The notes below the pieces were generated by a model. That model was given only the letters and a program-made list of their open reading frames with translations. It was not told the DNA's origin and did not search any database. From Octopus vulgaris (Eukaryota), in NCBI GenBank assembly GCA_951406725.2, contig OX597824.1, positions 45,260,001 to 45,324,000 on the forward strand: a DNA stretch of 64,000 nucleotides, written 5' to 3'. The position numbers and the translations under genes are program-made. Shown here one piece after another: positions 26,541-39,616 of the stretch. The first letter of the stretch is position 1. Each line of letters begins with the position of its first letter.

Positions 26541-27124
26541 CTAAAAGAAAAAAACAACAAAAATATATAAAATAATATAGTGTATATATAAAATAATATA
26601 GAAATCTGTTTTTATACTGAGACTGTAGATACAACAATAGTTTCTCATTGCATTCTCAAGACCCATGAGAGAATTTGAGATGAGAACTGCAAACAAACTT
26701 GATGATCTAGTTTTACAGTGCTACTGCTACCTCATTGTATTGGGTACCTCACCTGGTTGGTCCCTATTTACAGCTTGGGGATTGGAATATTGAGAATTAA
26801 AGAGCTTTGTCAGACAACCCGACTGAAATAGTAGCTACACCCTTCAGGAAAAGCAGAGCACATTGGATTATATTGGATTAGACATTTTCCTAGCAAAAGA
26901 CAGGATGGACACAGCTAGAACATCTTGATTATAGGTCTGCTTCATTAGGATTGATTTGAGACTAAATCACAACTAATAATAATAATCATCATCATCATTT
27001 AGATGTACTGGGGTTGATCTGTTTGACTAAATCCTTTAAGTTGGTGCCCCAGCATGGCCGCAATTTTTGAATTGAAGCAAGTAAAAAATAATGATGTAAA
27101 GGCATATTGGACAATGTTGACTAA

Positions 27125-27184
<60 letters not shown>

Positions 27185-27454
27185 GCAGGATTTCTGATTT
27201 CCAAAGCTGTAATACCTTTGATCATAAGTCTTCTTAACAAGGACTAAACAATTTTATTCACATAAAATAACTGCAACATGAGTTGGATTGTTGACCTTAA
27301 ACTATGCAAACAATTGTCTATAACTTTTGATTAACTTCAATGAATCAGGGTATCTTATATTTTGCTACTGTAAATTCTTTAATCCTTCAATCATAGGTGA
27401 GCAAAATGAAACAGGAAAGTGGATGCCATATTTCTTGATTATTATACTATGGCC

Positions 27455-27790
27455 AAAATGGGATTCTTCTGAAGGATCTCTAGAGTAATGTTACTTGATA
27501 GGATGAATAGCTTGGAGATCAGGGAGGCTCTCCATGTTGAGCTGCTACTTTTCCGTATTGAGAGATCAAAGCTGTGGTACTATGGACATGTAATTAGAAT
27601 GTTGCAAGAAAGAATCACAAGACAGATTCTTGAAGCCGAGTCAACCAGCAGGAGATGTAGAGGTAGACCAAGAATAAGATAGTTGGATAATATCCATAGT
27701 CATAGCTGGTCACACTTGGGAATCCTGCCTGAAAGTTTAATGATGGTTGCTTCTGATAGGACCCTAGGGTGAAGGTACCTGAGGACTCCA
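27455..27790 (+). mobile_element. 3' fragment of a second RTE-like LINE
   Basis: LDRMNSLEIREALHVELLLFRIERSKLWYYGHVIRM...RGRPRIR, a typical RTE C-terminus. Confidence 0.75.
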
Positions 27791-29833
27791 CTCCACAACC
27801 CTTCCAGAAATAGTAGGCAAAGAAGCTGCATAGATGGATATAATTGTGGCAAGCCTATCTGCTACACTGCATTCTATTATTATTTCACTGAATCACATAC
27901 ACAACCAACCAGTAAATAATGAAATGTGTAGTGTAGTTTTGAACTTCACTGAAGCATTGTATATACAAGGGAGATGGTTCTAGGTATTGTTCTAGAACAT
28001 TTTCATCATAGATCTGCTCAAGAACACTAACAACAATCTAAGCATATGTCCTATACTCTCTAGAGTTGATTATTAACATCATTGTATTATACAAGTAAAA
28101 TATTTAGAAACTCATATTCCATCAAACATGCATAACAGCATTTTTTAGTTGACAAAAAAAAAAATATATACTATTTACATTTACAATACATTTTACTTGA
28201 TTTTTTCTCCAATCATCATGAGATGTTTTATTTGTGGATGTGTATAGTTACAGATTGGATTCAAACTCAAAGCCTTTACTTCTAAATTAATTGTAATGAC
28301 ATTCCAAGCCACAAGGTCACTGATGTGGTCTGGTACTTTACACACATCCAGGAATAAGTTAATTGATGATGTAAATGTGGAACATTTTTCAATTAAAAAT
28401 CAAAATAATGATTTTTAAAGAGAAGGTCAGTGGTTTAAAAAAAATATCAGGTATGGAGTATTTTATGGCCAGAAGGGGGAAAACAAGTCTTTGGGATGCT
28501 GTTTTAGCAATATATATGTCATAAAAGACCAAGTGAAATGGTAAAACTTAGCATTTATAGATATTTCAGAGTTTTAGCTGTGTGTTTATGTGCAAGATGT
28601 TTCATTGATATATGTAATAATTGTATGTTGGTATTGTTGAAATCATTGGTGGATGTTTCTAAGTTTCTGTAATGTAGGCATGTATGACATTAGGGTTGCA
28701 TGTGAATGATATTATTGTATAAAATGCTAAGGAATATGTGCAATTAGAAGTACAGTTAGAAGTAAGAGAGGGAGATATGATCAAATTCTAAGGTACACCA
28801 AAATTGGTAGAATGTGGACTGCAGAGAGACCCATCAAGGCACAATACCATAGAGAACTTCGACAAAAAAGAAAAAAGTCTTCTGAGCTAAAACAAGGTAG
28901 GCAAGTGTAGTTCATTGGCAGGCAACCTTATCAATTTCTCATGTCAGACACAGTTGAAGGTTTTGCTGAATCAAGGGCAATGATTATACTTTTACTGAAG
29001 TACATGAATCAATTAATGTGCAATACAGGATAGGAAGAGACATTTGATTCTACAAATGGTCAATGAGCTGGGAAAGAGACTTAAAGTGATAAGAATGTTT
29101 CTGTCACTTTTGACTTGGTTAGAAAGACGGCAATAAGAAGAGAAAGGAAGACTAAAGTATTTGGTGAAGATAAGAGTTACTTTTTGAAGCAAACTGAAGA
29201 AATGGAAGATTCACTGTTAGGATTAGATGCCTTGTTGGGTTGGTGGGGTTGGAGAAGTTTTTGCACTTAGAAATTGTATATGTGGCTGTGAGATAGAGTT
29301 GTGTAGGAGCAGTTTTTCTGTGTATAAATATGCAGTGTAGAGACAGAGGCAAATAAGGTGGATTCCTCTATAAGAGTGTTACTTACAGTTCCACCTTTGT
29401 TGAGTAATAGCAGGTAAAAAAAGATTCTGCAAAGTTAGTTGAAATCTTGGCAAAAAACTATAAGACCCAGCTGCAATTAGAAAAATCATAGAGATTGCAA
29501 GCTGTGTAATGTAAATGAAAAGTGAGACATTTGTTTGACTATTAATTAGTGGTTAAGAGATGTGTATGGCAGTGCAAGTTAATGACTGTGACTTGGTTTC
29601 ATTCTATTTCTTTTATTACTATTTATTTAGTATTATTTTTGGAAAAATAAATTTTAAAAATGTCTGAATTACATTATCTTGTTTCTTGATATAAATCCAA
29701 TGCATGTAAAAGCATTAGAACACATGAATGTTAAACAGTCCAGTTTTGTAAACACTTGGTATGATACTTCAAAAAGTCATCTGCTAAAGATTTCTTTTTT
29801 CTGTATCCATTACCTAAACCAGTTACAGCTTAC

Positions 29834-29920
29834 CTTACCATTTTCAATTATGGGTTTCTCATATCGAAGACCACCCACCAAGCCTACAGGCCAAACTGAC
29901 ACCACTTTAGTATCACGCAT
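29834..29920 (-). CDS. B3GAT3: GT43 glucuronosyltransferase exon
   Basis: ttccag|ATG...AAG|gtaagc, 87 nt, [29 protein letters not shown]. Confidence 0.96.
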
Positions 29921-30074
29921 CTGGAAAGAAAAAAAGTATTTTCCTTGTTGAATACGATAGCAACCATACTCATTTGTTTATTTAAATACTTTAGAGAGAA
30001 GAGAGTGCAGCATGTATAACTAGAAGAAATGCTGCTATGCATTCTGATAATTTGGCTAGCTCATCTCCTTTAAA

Positions 30075-31509
30075 TATTATTTTCTACTACAGGCACAAGG
30101 CCTAAAATTTTGGTGGGAGTGGCTAATCAATTACATCAAACCCAGAGCTCAACAGGTACTTATTTTATTAAGCTGAAAAAGATAAAAGGCAAAGTTAACT
30201 TTGGCAGAATTTTGAAATCAGAATGTAAAAATGGACAAAACGCTGCTAAGCATTTTGTCTGGCATACTAACAATTCTGCCAGGTTGCTGCCTTTAATAAA
30301 TATAATAATCCTTTCTACTATAGGCACAAAGCCTGGAATTTTGGGGGAGGGGATAGTCGATTACATCAACCCCAGTGTGTAACTGATACTTAGTTTATCA
30401 ACCTCAAAAGGATGAAAGGCAAAGTTGACCTTGGTGGAATTTGAACTCAGAATGGAATGACAGGCAAAATACTGCTAAGCATTTTGTCTAGTGTGCTAAC
30501 AATTCTGCCAGCTTGCCACCATATAGTAATGATGATGATAATAATAATAATAATAATAAATGCCTTGATGCAGTATCAAGCAGTGGCTTTCATGGTTTCT
30601 GATCTTAACTGATTGGAAGTGTAAACATGTACATGTTTTGTTTTGGTGTAAAAGATGGGCTACAGCAAATATTCTGCCCAACACCACAGATTTCCCTATC
30701 AGTTGCTTGACCATAGCCAATTGGGCATGTCGCTTACGGACCAACAGCACATGCATCTCCAATCATAAGCAGCAGTAGTAGGGGTGCATTGTAGCCATGT
30801 ATTGAAACTGATTCTTTGGGGTTTGAATAATTGACCTTTGGAAACATGAGTGTTTCATTCATCATCATTAACAACCTTTATTCAGTGATGTTTTGAGTGG
30901 GATAGGCTGCTTGACATGAAGAGAATTCTAACTGGGCCCCACTTGCAAGGTCATGCACTGTTTATCTTGATATGAAATCACCATGCTGCGCATGTATGGT
31001 TGTGATGCATGTGCTTCTCAGATGGCTGGTCATGGGGGAATATTGGGCTTCGTATATTTGTACCCGAGTGTCACTTTGATGGCATGCACTATTCTCACTC
31101 AGCAATAATAATGATTATTTCAAATTTTTTCCACAAGGGCAGCTTGGGGGAGGTTGGGATGAGTGAATTACATTGACCCTAGTGTTTAACTAGTACTTAT
31201 TTTATCAACCCCGAAAGGATGAAAGGCAAAGTTGACCTCAGCAGAATTTGAATTCAGAATGTAAAGACACCAAATACCACTAAGCATTTTGCCCAGTATG
31301 CCTTATAATAATAATTCTTTCTATAGGCACGAGGCCTGAAATTTGGAGAGGGATAGTTGATTACATCAACCCCAGTACTCAACTGGTACTTATTTCATCG
31401 ACCCTGAAAAGATGAAAGACAAAGTCAACCTTGGTGGAATTTGAACTCAGAACGTAGTGACAGGCTAAGCATTTCATCCAGTGTGCTAACGATTCTGCCA
31501 GCTTGCCAC

Positions 31510-31510
<1 letters not shown>
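30075..31510 (-). mobile_element. Four head-to-tail SINE family B copies plus an intervening ~550-bp repeat
   Basis: ataggcaca.ggcct.aaattt...gattacatcaacccc...gtactta...ggatgaaaggcaaagttgacct...aatttgaactcagaa...ctaagcatttt...ctaac.attctgccag repeated, separated by (TAA)n. Confidence 0.85.
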
Positions 31511-31540
<30 letters not shown>

Positions 31541-31587
31541 TGATTTCTTTTATAATAATAAATAATAATAATAATAAGAGAAGTAAC

Positions 31588-32105
31588 CTCTTCAAAGACT
31601 TTCAAGGAATATGTATTATCATCATCTGCAAAATAAAGAACTCCTTTCTGTGTGTTAATGTCAATATTTTCCCGAAGCCAATTAAGGGCAAGGTTTCGTT
31701 GAAGCACCCCACGAGGTTTTAACCAGTTAGGGTCTGTTGGTTTCAGTTTATAATTGTCAGGTGTTTTTATATTTAAATGTGTATAATTTAAGTTGCTTTC
31801 TTTCAAAAAATTGGTCACCAAAGTAGTTTTTGTAGAAGAATCTTCTACTATAATCCAATGGAAATTGGGGATATGTAAAAATGTTTGTGAAAGTCTTGTG
31901 AGCTCAGCTTTCTGCACTAAACGTGAGTAAGTGGGAGTGATAGCAAAAATTGTGATCATTTCTTTCTGTCTATTTTGTTTCAATGGCTTATGTACAGTTT
32001 TAAGAGCGAAAATATAATCATCTCTGTCTTTCAACTTCTGCTGGCAGTCAGTTAACAAGCTTAATTTCCGTTCATCAATAGAAGTATTTTCATTGAGGAA
32101 AATAG
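31588..32105 (-). CDS. B3GAT3: GT43 glucuronosyltransferase exon (stem, UDP-binding domain, DDD motif)
   Basis: tttcag|CT...GAG|gttact, 518 nt, phase 1 to 0, ITPTYSRLVQKAELTRLSQT...PRGVLQRNLALNWL...GVLYFADDDNTYSLKVFEE. Confidence 0.96.
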
Positions 32106-34135
32106 CTGAAATGACAAAAGAAAAACTCAAGAAACACAATATATCTTGTCATGGAAGTAATTCCTCTCACTAAATCATTCAATAATAAATTGTATGCATA
32201 GCCTGTTTTCAGTTAAATTAGCCTAGAGAAAGAAGCCAATAAAAACACCTTATTTATTCAAATATACTACACACTTTTCTCCAGATTTTTAAACCTAAAA
32301 GTCAAAAAGTTTAGGGTAGTGTACTATACATAAGAACTTAAATGACACCTTTGCAACACAAATGTAGAAACAAATGAAAAATACAATAGGTTAAAAGCCC
32401 AATGTATTAAATGTATTATATGTTAATATTTATGGTTGAATTCCCTTTGAAACACAGTAATAAAGAGGCTACTTATTTTCCCCAACCCAAGTGTGAGTCC
32501 ATATTCTGGACAGTATGACTTGTTATATTATTGTCCAAGCAAATTGATTTGTAATGAGGAGGTAAAATCAATATGTTACATTTTTCTATGCTAATAATGA
32601 GACTAAATATACTTGCATATAAGTTGCAAATTTTTTACTTAAAGAGCACAAAAAGTTGCCTCTAATTTATCTTTTTAATCTTGCTCTGAGTTGGAAATTC
32701 ATAGCATGCACTAACACATATACATAAATATGTCCCACAAGCAAATGACCAAGTATATGTCACTATGTAGTGCATATGTAAATATTGGAATTGTAAGTAA
32801 ACACAAGTTGATGATGTCATGCATGCAAACAAACACAAATGCTTATGGAGAGTTCAATTTTGCCAGTCTCCATACACATTGTGTAACACATATATCTGTC
32901 TAAACTTTTTGCTTGTATATGCACAGATATGTTGGCAGCAGTGTTGGAAAACATAAACATCAACTCTTTATTAAAACATCAAATTAAAACATAAACATCA
33001 ACTCTTTTGATGCCCACATGCTTGAGAACCACCCTTGGTTCTATGATACAAACTTCCTGATTTAAATGAATCTAAATGAGAACTTTGCATCAAACTTTCA
33101 TGTTAATTTATGTTCCAAACACCAGATTAACAGAAATGTTATTTCACTAAATTCTTCATTATTTTCAAAATTATTTGAAAAAAAGGCAGTGAATTTCAAC
33201 AGATATCATCATCATTTAATGTCAACTCTTCCATGCTTCCATGGGTCAGACAGAATTTTTTGAAGCAGATTTTCTATGGTTGGGTTCCCTTCCTCTCACC
33301 AATCCTAGTGTTTCCAAGCAAGTTTCCTCATGTTTTTCACAGTACACTAGAAACATCACTTCTATGAACACCTTTACAGAGCATACTAGGTACATTTTAT
33401 CATGGCTGTAACATTAATGAGGTTACCTTCTATCAGGATCCTTACTGTTTTGTGGTGTTGTTTGTTTCTTCAGAGTAACATTATTGTAAGAGTGGGCAAA
33501 AGAGAGGACAATTGCAGAAGATAAAACTAGAGTGGGATGGGAAAAGAAAGGAGAAACAGGGGAAACAATATGGTTGGGGTGATAGTGAGGAAAAGGAGAA
33601 AGAAATTGTAGATATAGTGCCAGAGGAGCAAAGAGAAGTAAAGGCAGGGTATAATATGAAAGAACAATAATGGTATTGGGAGAGGAGTGATGGTAGGCAC
33701 CAAAGAAGGATAAATGGGAATGTAATTCAGATTCCCACCTCCTTCCTCAAGCATCATGATTCAGAAAGATAGTGGGGAGAAGAATAATAGGATATAGAGT
33801 TAGAGGAAGGGGATTCAATACAGATCTAATATTGTCTTCTCATTTCACAGATGGCATGGTACATTGATAGGAGGAATGGTAGAGTAATGAGAGGATATTG
33901 AATAGATAAGAAGGTGGGTGAGTAATGGTGACTTAACAGGTACAACTGGGCAAAGGTCCAGATATAAATATATGTACCCCAGCCTCCATTATTACATCCC
34001 ATGAATTTAATGAAAGCATTTACATTCTATATTGTCTTTTCAATATTTCTGTAATGAAGGCTGATGGTAGTAATTTAAGTTTGAAAGTAAAGTTAAAAGT
34101 TCACTTTTAACTGGTAAAGTTCAGAGGTCACTTTC

Positions 34136-34353
34136 TGTTGTGTGGACACCCCCAGATGATAAGTAAGCTAGTCCAATATGTATAAATAGTGAATGTGATA
34201 GCTAGTCATAGAAACATCGCATAGAGTGAGCTGGAGCCGTGAATGGACTAGACGTCGAGTTCTGTTGAGTCGAGTCGTCGGAAGTGAGAGTTCGGTAGTT
34301 GAGTAGAGGTACATTATTGGCGAAGGCACGCCATCCAAACGTGTGATATAACA
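34136..34353. mobile_element. Solo LTR (218 bp) with 5-bp target-site duplication
   Basis: CTTTC|TGTTGTGT...ATATAACA|CTTTC; internal TATAAATA; about 11 CpGs retained. Confidence 0.85.
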
Positions 34354-34534
34354 CTTTCAAATTTGGTTTTTGTTTTAATAAATCTGACCAAACACTTCTT
34401 TTTAGAAAATTCAATGCATGTTATTTTTATTAGGATTTCATAGCCTTACATAATATGTATCATACACAAGTGCATATTATAGACAAATAAATACAGCATG
34501 AAAAAACAATAGAAAGTAAATAAGATGAACTTAC

Positions 34535-34631
34535 TCAGACCTAAAAGAGATGATCCTATGCATATAGATAAACCAAAGATCATACATCTGATTATAAATC
34601 GTCTGTTTTTTAACTCACAATATGAAGACAT
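34535..34631 (-). CDS. B3GAT3: GT43 glucuronosyltransferase first coding exon (type II signal anchor)
   Basis: ATG at 34631, MSSYCELKNRRFIIRCMIFGLSICIGSSLLGL, A|gtaagt phase 1 fits the next exon; tttcag acceptor puts exon start at 34647. Joined CDS is 1011 nt (336 aa). B3GAT3 versus B3GAT1/2 orthology needs a tree. Confidence 0.85.
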
Positions 34632-34924
34632 AATTGAGAAAATGGACCTGAAATGATAAGATTTCATTTGAAAAATCAATGATAAATTAAATGATAAAAA
34701 CCTTTCATCAATATATTTTAGTGATTGTGAATTTTCCATTGGTCTTAAACCAACTGAATTCTTTATGGTGAAAGGGACATGTAAACAGCTGAATAAGATT
34801 TTAGCTTTTACCTTACTATCGAAAGCAACCAACTCTGAGAATTCTGTTGTTAAGAATAGGTTGTGTTGAAAAAAGCCTTTAACTGACTAAAACTTCATTA
34901 GTTGTTGGCTGAGACACAATACCT

Positions 34925-35150
34925 GACATTTGGCCTCCCAACTCACCTGAGTACAACCCCCTTGACTTCTTTGTGTGGGATGAAGTGGAATGAGAGACCA
35001 ACAAATCCAACAGCAACACAAAGGACAAGCTGAGGGTCAGGATAACTAGGGCAATCAGGGACCTAAAATGGGAGACAGTGACGAAAGCCTGTGGCCAGTG
35101 CTGAGGTTGCTTGGAGGCTGTCATCGAGGTCAAAGGCAGATACATCGAGC
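34925..35150 (+). mobile_element. Tc1/mariner transposase C-terminal remnant
   Basis: WPPNSPEYNPLDFFVWDEVE*ETN...KACGQC*GCLEAVIEVKGRYIE. Confidence 0.88.
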
Positions 35151-36386
35151 GAGATCAACAGAACATGTCATGAAAACAAAGTTGACAAATGTCAATGACT
35201 GTCTTTCATTTCTAATATTCTGCAAAAACATGTGTAGGCATGGAGAAATGTTATCTTGCTTGGAAACATATAAGGGTTGGAGACAGGAAGGGCATCTGCC
35301 TCAACAAACTTTGTCTGAGCCATGCAGAATTATAGTGATGATGCTATATATATATATATATATCATTAACATCATCATTTAATGTCCATGTACAATGCTA
35401 GCATGTGTTAGATGATTTGACAGGATCTGATGGAGTCAATGATGACTGCTTTGCACTCTAGTGTCTACTTTGCATAGTTTCTATGACTGGATGTCTTTCC
35501 TAATACCAACCGTTTTACAAAGTGTACTGGGGACCTTTTTTATGCTACTAGCACTAGTGATGTTGTCATGCAAGGGAACAACTTTATGTTAGGCAACAAG
35601 GAACAGAGAGAGAGAGAGGTAAAGTAGGAAATTAAAATGCCAGAGCAGAACAGACTTCTAGCAGTAGAATTTTAGAATTGCGAGTAGGAATAATCGGGTG
35701 GAGTTGGTGATGAGGGGTCAGGGTGGATCTTCAAGGTAAGCGGTAGTAAGGAATGAGTGGGGCAGAGGGGCCAGGTGTGAGTTGGGGGAGTAAGGGATGT
35801 CTGATAGTGCAGAGCAGTAATATACAGGAAAAGGACAAGAGAGACGACATACTGTTGGGTAGGTTGCAGGCGTGGTGGTGTGGTTAAGAAGCTTGCTTCC
35901 TAACCATGTGACTTCGGGTTCAGTCCTACAGCATGGAACATTAGGCTAATGTCTTCCATTATAGCTTAGGGCTGACCAAAGCTTTCTGAATGGATTTGGT
36001 AGGTGGAAACATACATATAAACATATGCATACATACATACGTATATGTGTGAGTGCGCGTGTGCTTGGGTGTCTTGACATCCCGTGTGTGTGTGTGTGTA
36101 TACACATATATATATATCGTCATCATCATCATTTAACGTCCGTTTTCTATGATGGTATAGACTGGACGGCTTGATAGGAATTAGCAAGGCCAGGGACCGC
36201 ACCAGGTCCCATAATATATATATATATATACACGTATGAGGAGAGAGAGAAAGGAAAAAGAAAGAAACGCGACTAAGAGAGATTGACAAGTAGATTGTCA
36301 AATCCACATAACAAAGAACATTAGTTACAATCAGTTTTATAGACATTTGGTGAAAGAAAAGACAAACAGATAAACAATGATCAATC

Positions 36387-36399
<13 letters not shown>

Positions 36400-36427
<28 letters not shown>

Positions 36428-36720
36428 AACGATAGACACATTTTCGAAAGCGATACGCAGATGATACACGTTGCGAAGTTGTTCCAAAGAAAATAATGCA
36501 CGTGAAATTACGATTTTCAATTCAGAATTTAAAAGCGACGCAAAACAAGAATATTTAGGGCAAATATGATGTAAGAATGATAAAATTAGAAAGAAAAAAA
36601 ACAAACAATTATTTTCTTAAAACAGTAAATAAGCATACCTGGAATCGGTGGTGACATAGCAAACCAGAAATATACGGTGTCAATGAAAACTGGTTTCGAA
36701 TAAATACATTTCCTCATTTT
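36400..36720 (-). promoter_or_regulatory. Candidate promoter and non-coding first exon of the B3GAT gene
   Basis: Locally CpG-enriched; CAG|gtatgc donor on the minus strand at 36639/36638; the ATG exon has an acceptor, so an upstream exon is expected. Confidence 0.45.
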
Positions 36721-36974
36721 AATTTTGTCCAAATTCGGGGCTGTTGTTTAGCTCTGATTGAACAGACTTGTGGTCAAAAGGCGATCCAGATCTATGTTTA
36801 GGCAAACATTACCTAGGACTACATAATCTAATTTGCCATTTTTAACATTCCTAGTTAGATTGGTAGCTTTCGACTATTTTCCTAACTCAGCTTTTTTAAC
36901 CCAAAATATTTTATGCTATCATTTATAGCTTCCAGGCAGCTTAATATGATTTGTTGATGTACATACATACATGC

Positions 36975-36985
36975 ATGCATGCATG

Positions 36986-37022
<37 letters not shown>

Positions 37023-37065
37023 ACATACACACATACATACATACATACATACATACATACATACA

Positions 37066-37096
<31 letters not shown>

Positions 37097-37110
37097 GTGT
37101 GTGTGTGTGT
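36975..37110. repeat. Compound (CA)n/(CATA)n/(TG)n microsatellite
   Basis: Seen directly; source of spurious MYVC/THTH ORFs. Similar (TA)n/(CA)n tracts occur throughout the window. Confidence 0.95.
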
Positions 37111-37417
37111 TTTAGCAGACTCTGCTAAAATGAATTCACAAACACACATATACCATTCAAAAGTACATCCTTTTCCTCTGATGATATTATGCTCATGCTG
37201 CATAAATTGTAAATCTAATATTTATTGAGTATTAATAGAAACGGCTGTAAGTGAAGATGACCAATTTGCTGTTAATAATTAACAATTGGTTTTAGCGAAT
37301 GTGCTAAATTGTATATATTCTTGGGTTTGGTCTCAGCACATTGGTGTCTTCTGCTATAGCTCTGGGTCACCCAATGACTTCTGAGTGGATTTGGTAGACA
37401 GAAACTGAATGAAGCCC

Positions 37418-37469
<52 letters not shown>

Positions 37470-37472
<3 letters not shown>

Positions 37473-37640
37473 CGAGAAGGTTTACGAAAATAAACAAAAG
37501 ACGAAGGCAGGTGGAGTACAAACAAACAATGTATTAGTATGGCGCTCAGGAATAGAAATAAAACAGGTCTTTTATGTTTCGAGCCTACGCTCTTCGACAG
37601 AAAGATTCACAGAAAAGAAACAAGGAGAGAGAAAAAATTG
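37470..37640 (-). mobile_element. Penelope-like element terminal (pLTR) fragment beside (TA)n
   Basis: Reverse complement of 37600-37635 resembles the last ~40 nt of the Penelope copy at the window end; contains a hammerhead motif. Confidence 0.65.
37568..37605 (-). ncRNA. Minimal type I hammerhead ribozyme motif
   Basis: Minus strand UCUUU-CUGUCGA-A-GAGC-GUAG-GCUC-GAAA-CA-UA-AAAGA: stem I UCUUU/AAAGA, stem II GAGC/GCUC, core CUGnnGA and GAAA, UH cleavage site. Confidence 0.65.
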
Positions 37641-38786
37641 CTAACGATTCAATGTGTGTGTGTGTGTATGTGTGTGTGTGTGTTGTGTGTGTGTGTGTGT
37701 GTGTATAGCGGAAAAGGTGTAGCAGAAGATGTCGAGGTAGCAGATGGAATAGGCATGTGGACGACATCAAAGTAAAACAATGGGAAAGCATCGGATTGTG
37801 GTTTAAATAATTTATTTAATCGACACTTGTATTTACGTATTGTATACACCAGAAAATCCACTACATGACATTACCAACTAGACGAAAATGAACAGGGGAA
37901 ATACTGTGTCGATGTGATGAGGTAGAACCGGGCATGTTTTGTGTCTGTGTGTGCGTTGGTCATTCGGTCATGTCTGTTTACGTTTCGTGACTGCTACTGT
38001 GTTGGGTCGTTCATGCTGAATACGTGGTTCTATGTCGGCTGCTTGACTAGTGCAAAGCTACCCATCTTTGTACTGCCTCTATGGCAAATGAAATGAAATA
38101 AAGTTAACTGCTGGCTGTCATCTCATTCTCTTTGCGCTCTTGTCAGACACACCTTGCCTCTGTTTGACCCCAGGCTGGTCATGAAGTTTATAGACGAAAT
38201 CGTCTGTCCAACGCAATGCACCAGCATATCACACTGTCGTCGTTCTGGCTAATCTTAGCAAATGCCCACGACAACAATGCCAGACACAATTCACTTCTGC
38301 ACTCTTTTCAAGACATTTTCATACAAAATGCAATCCTCAAGAAAATTTTTGCTGATATTATGGATAGAGAATGCACACACTCACTCACCTCAGCTTATTT
38401 CGCAGCTGCAGGACTTTCTCTCGCACTCATGTATACGTCCTTGCACACTCACTCACTGCCTCAGTCACGCAACAACTGGTACATTCTGCACTCATGTGCA
38501 CGCTCATTCACCCAGCCTCAGTCTCACACTGACTGGCATATTCTGCATTCTGCGCAAGCAAAGCGACACTGCTATTCAAACTCACACAAATAGGTACCTC
38601 TCCCGTTACCTTCTCAAGAATCTCTCTCCTGATAGGCACCGTTTTTCTTGGCCTTGCATCACATCTACTAACAACAAAATACTTTTCACAGTCGAACATT
38701 ATTTTCACCTTATCTTAAAATGCATTTTTATATGAATACAATCTTTTCCCTAGATTGTGTGTTTCCATTTATTTTAGAAACTCTCT

Positions 38787-39378
38787 AGTGGGGGAGTAGT
38801 GTAGGGATCTAGCTTGACTCGGCCTAAAGTTTGAAACCAAATCCACTCGCTTGTTGCTTGTCAAAACTAGTGGAAAACCCTCTCCACACAAGATGGTAGA
38901 TGAGGAAACACTTGACTCTCTAGGACCTGTGCTGGTCAAGGAAAGGCCAGTCCTTTGTTTAGGGTTTGACCTATATTACTGACCATAGTCTATATAACAG
39001 AGAATTTCCTATCTCTTCCACTTTTGTGTCAGACAGACCAAGGAGCAACATGCTCTATTGTGTCGCCATGGCCAAGAGCAGCACTTTCCTCGGCCGCAAG
39101 AAAGATGATGATACCTCCATCCTTTCTTCTTTTCTAGTCAGCACCGTGCATTCCTTACTCTTTCACTCTCTACTGGCAAACAACCTTTTTCTACACTATC
39201 AACTACTAACTAGTGAGCCATCCTTGTTATTACTATCACTAGAATTGCTACTGTCTCTTTAACTACCAGTCGGGCAAACGAATATGTAAATAATATTTCT
39301 TCCTTCTTAGTATTGATTCTTTGATGTTTACTGGTACTCCAGTATGAGAACCTTGAAACGTTACATCTACACGCTACA
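38787..39378 (+). mobile_element. Polypurine tract plus 3' LTR of an LTR retroelement
   Basis: AGTGGGGGAGTAG directly before TGTAG (38800); candidate CTACA ends at 39371, 39378 or 39395; TATA-like ctatataa inside. Confidence 0.55.
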
Positions 39379-39548
39379 TTCAGCAGTGGGCTACATCATA
39401 TCGACCTGATATCACATCTTTCATCCAGCCTGCTACATACACACAAACACACTCATGTATATATATTTATCGCCAAACAAACATGGGCAATAAATATTAA
39501 TATCCATTACTGCTGCTGTATCTTTAGGGAGATTTAGAAATTATAACA

Positions 39549-39614
<66 letters not shown>

Positions 39615-39616
<2 letters not shown>

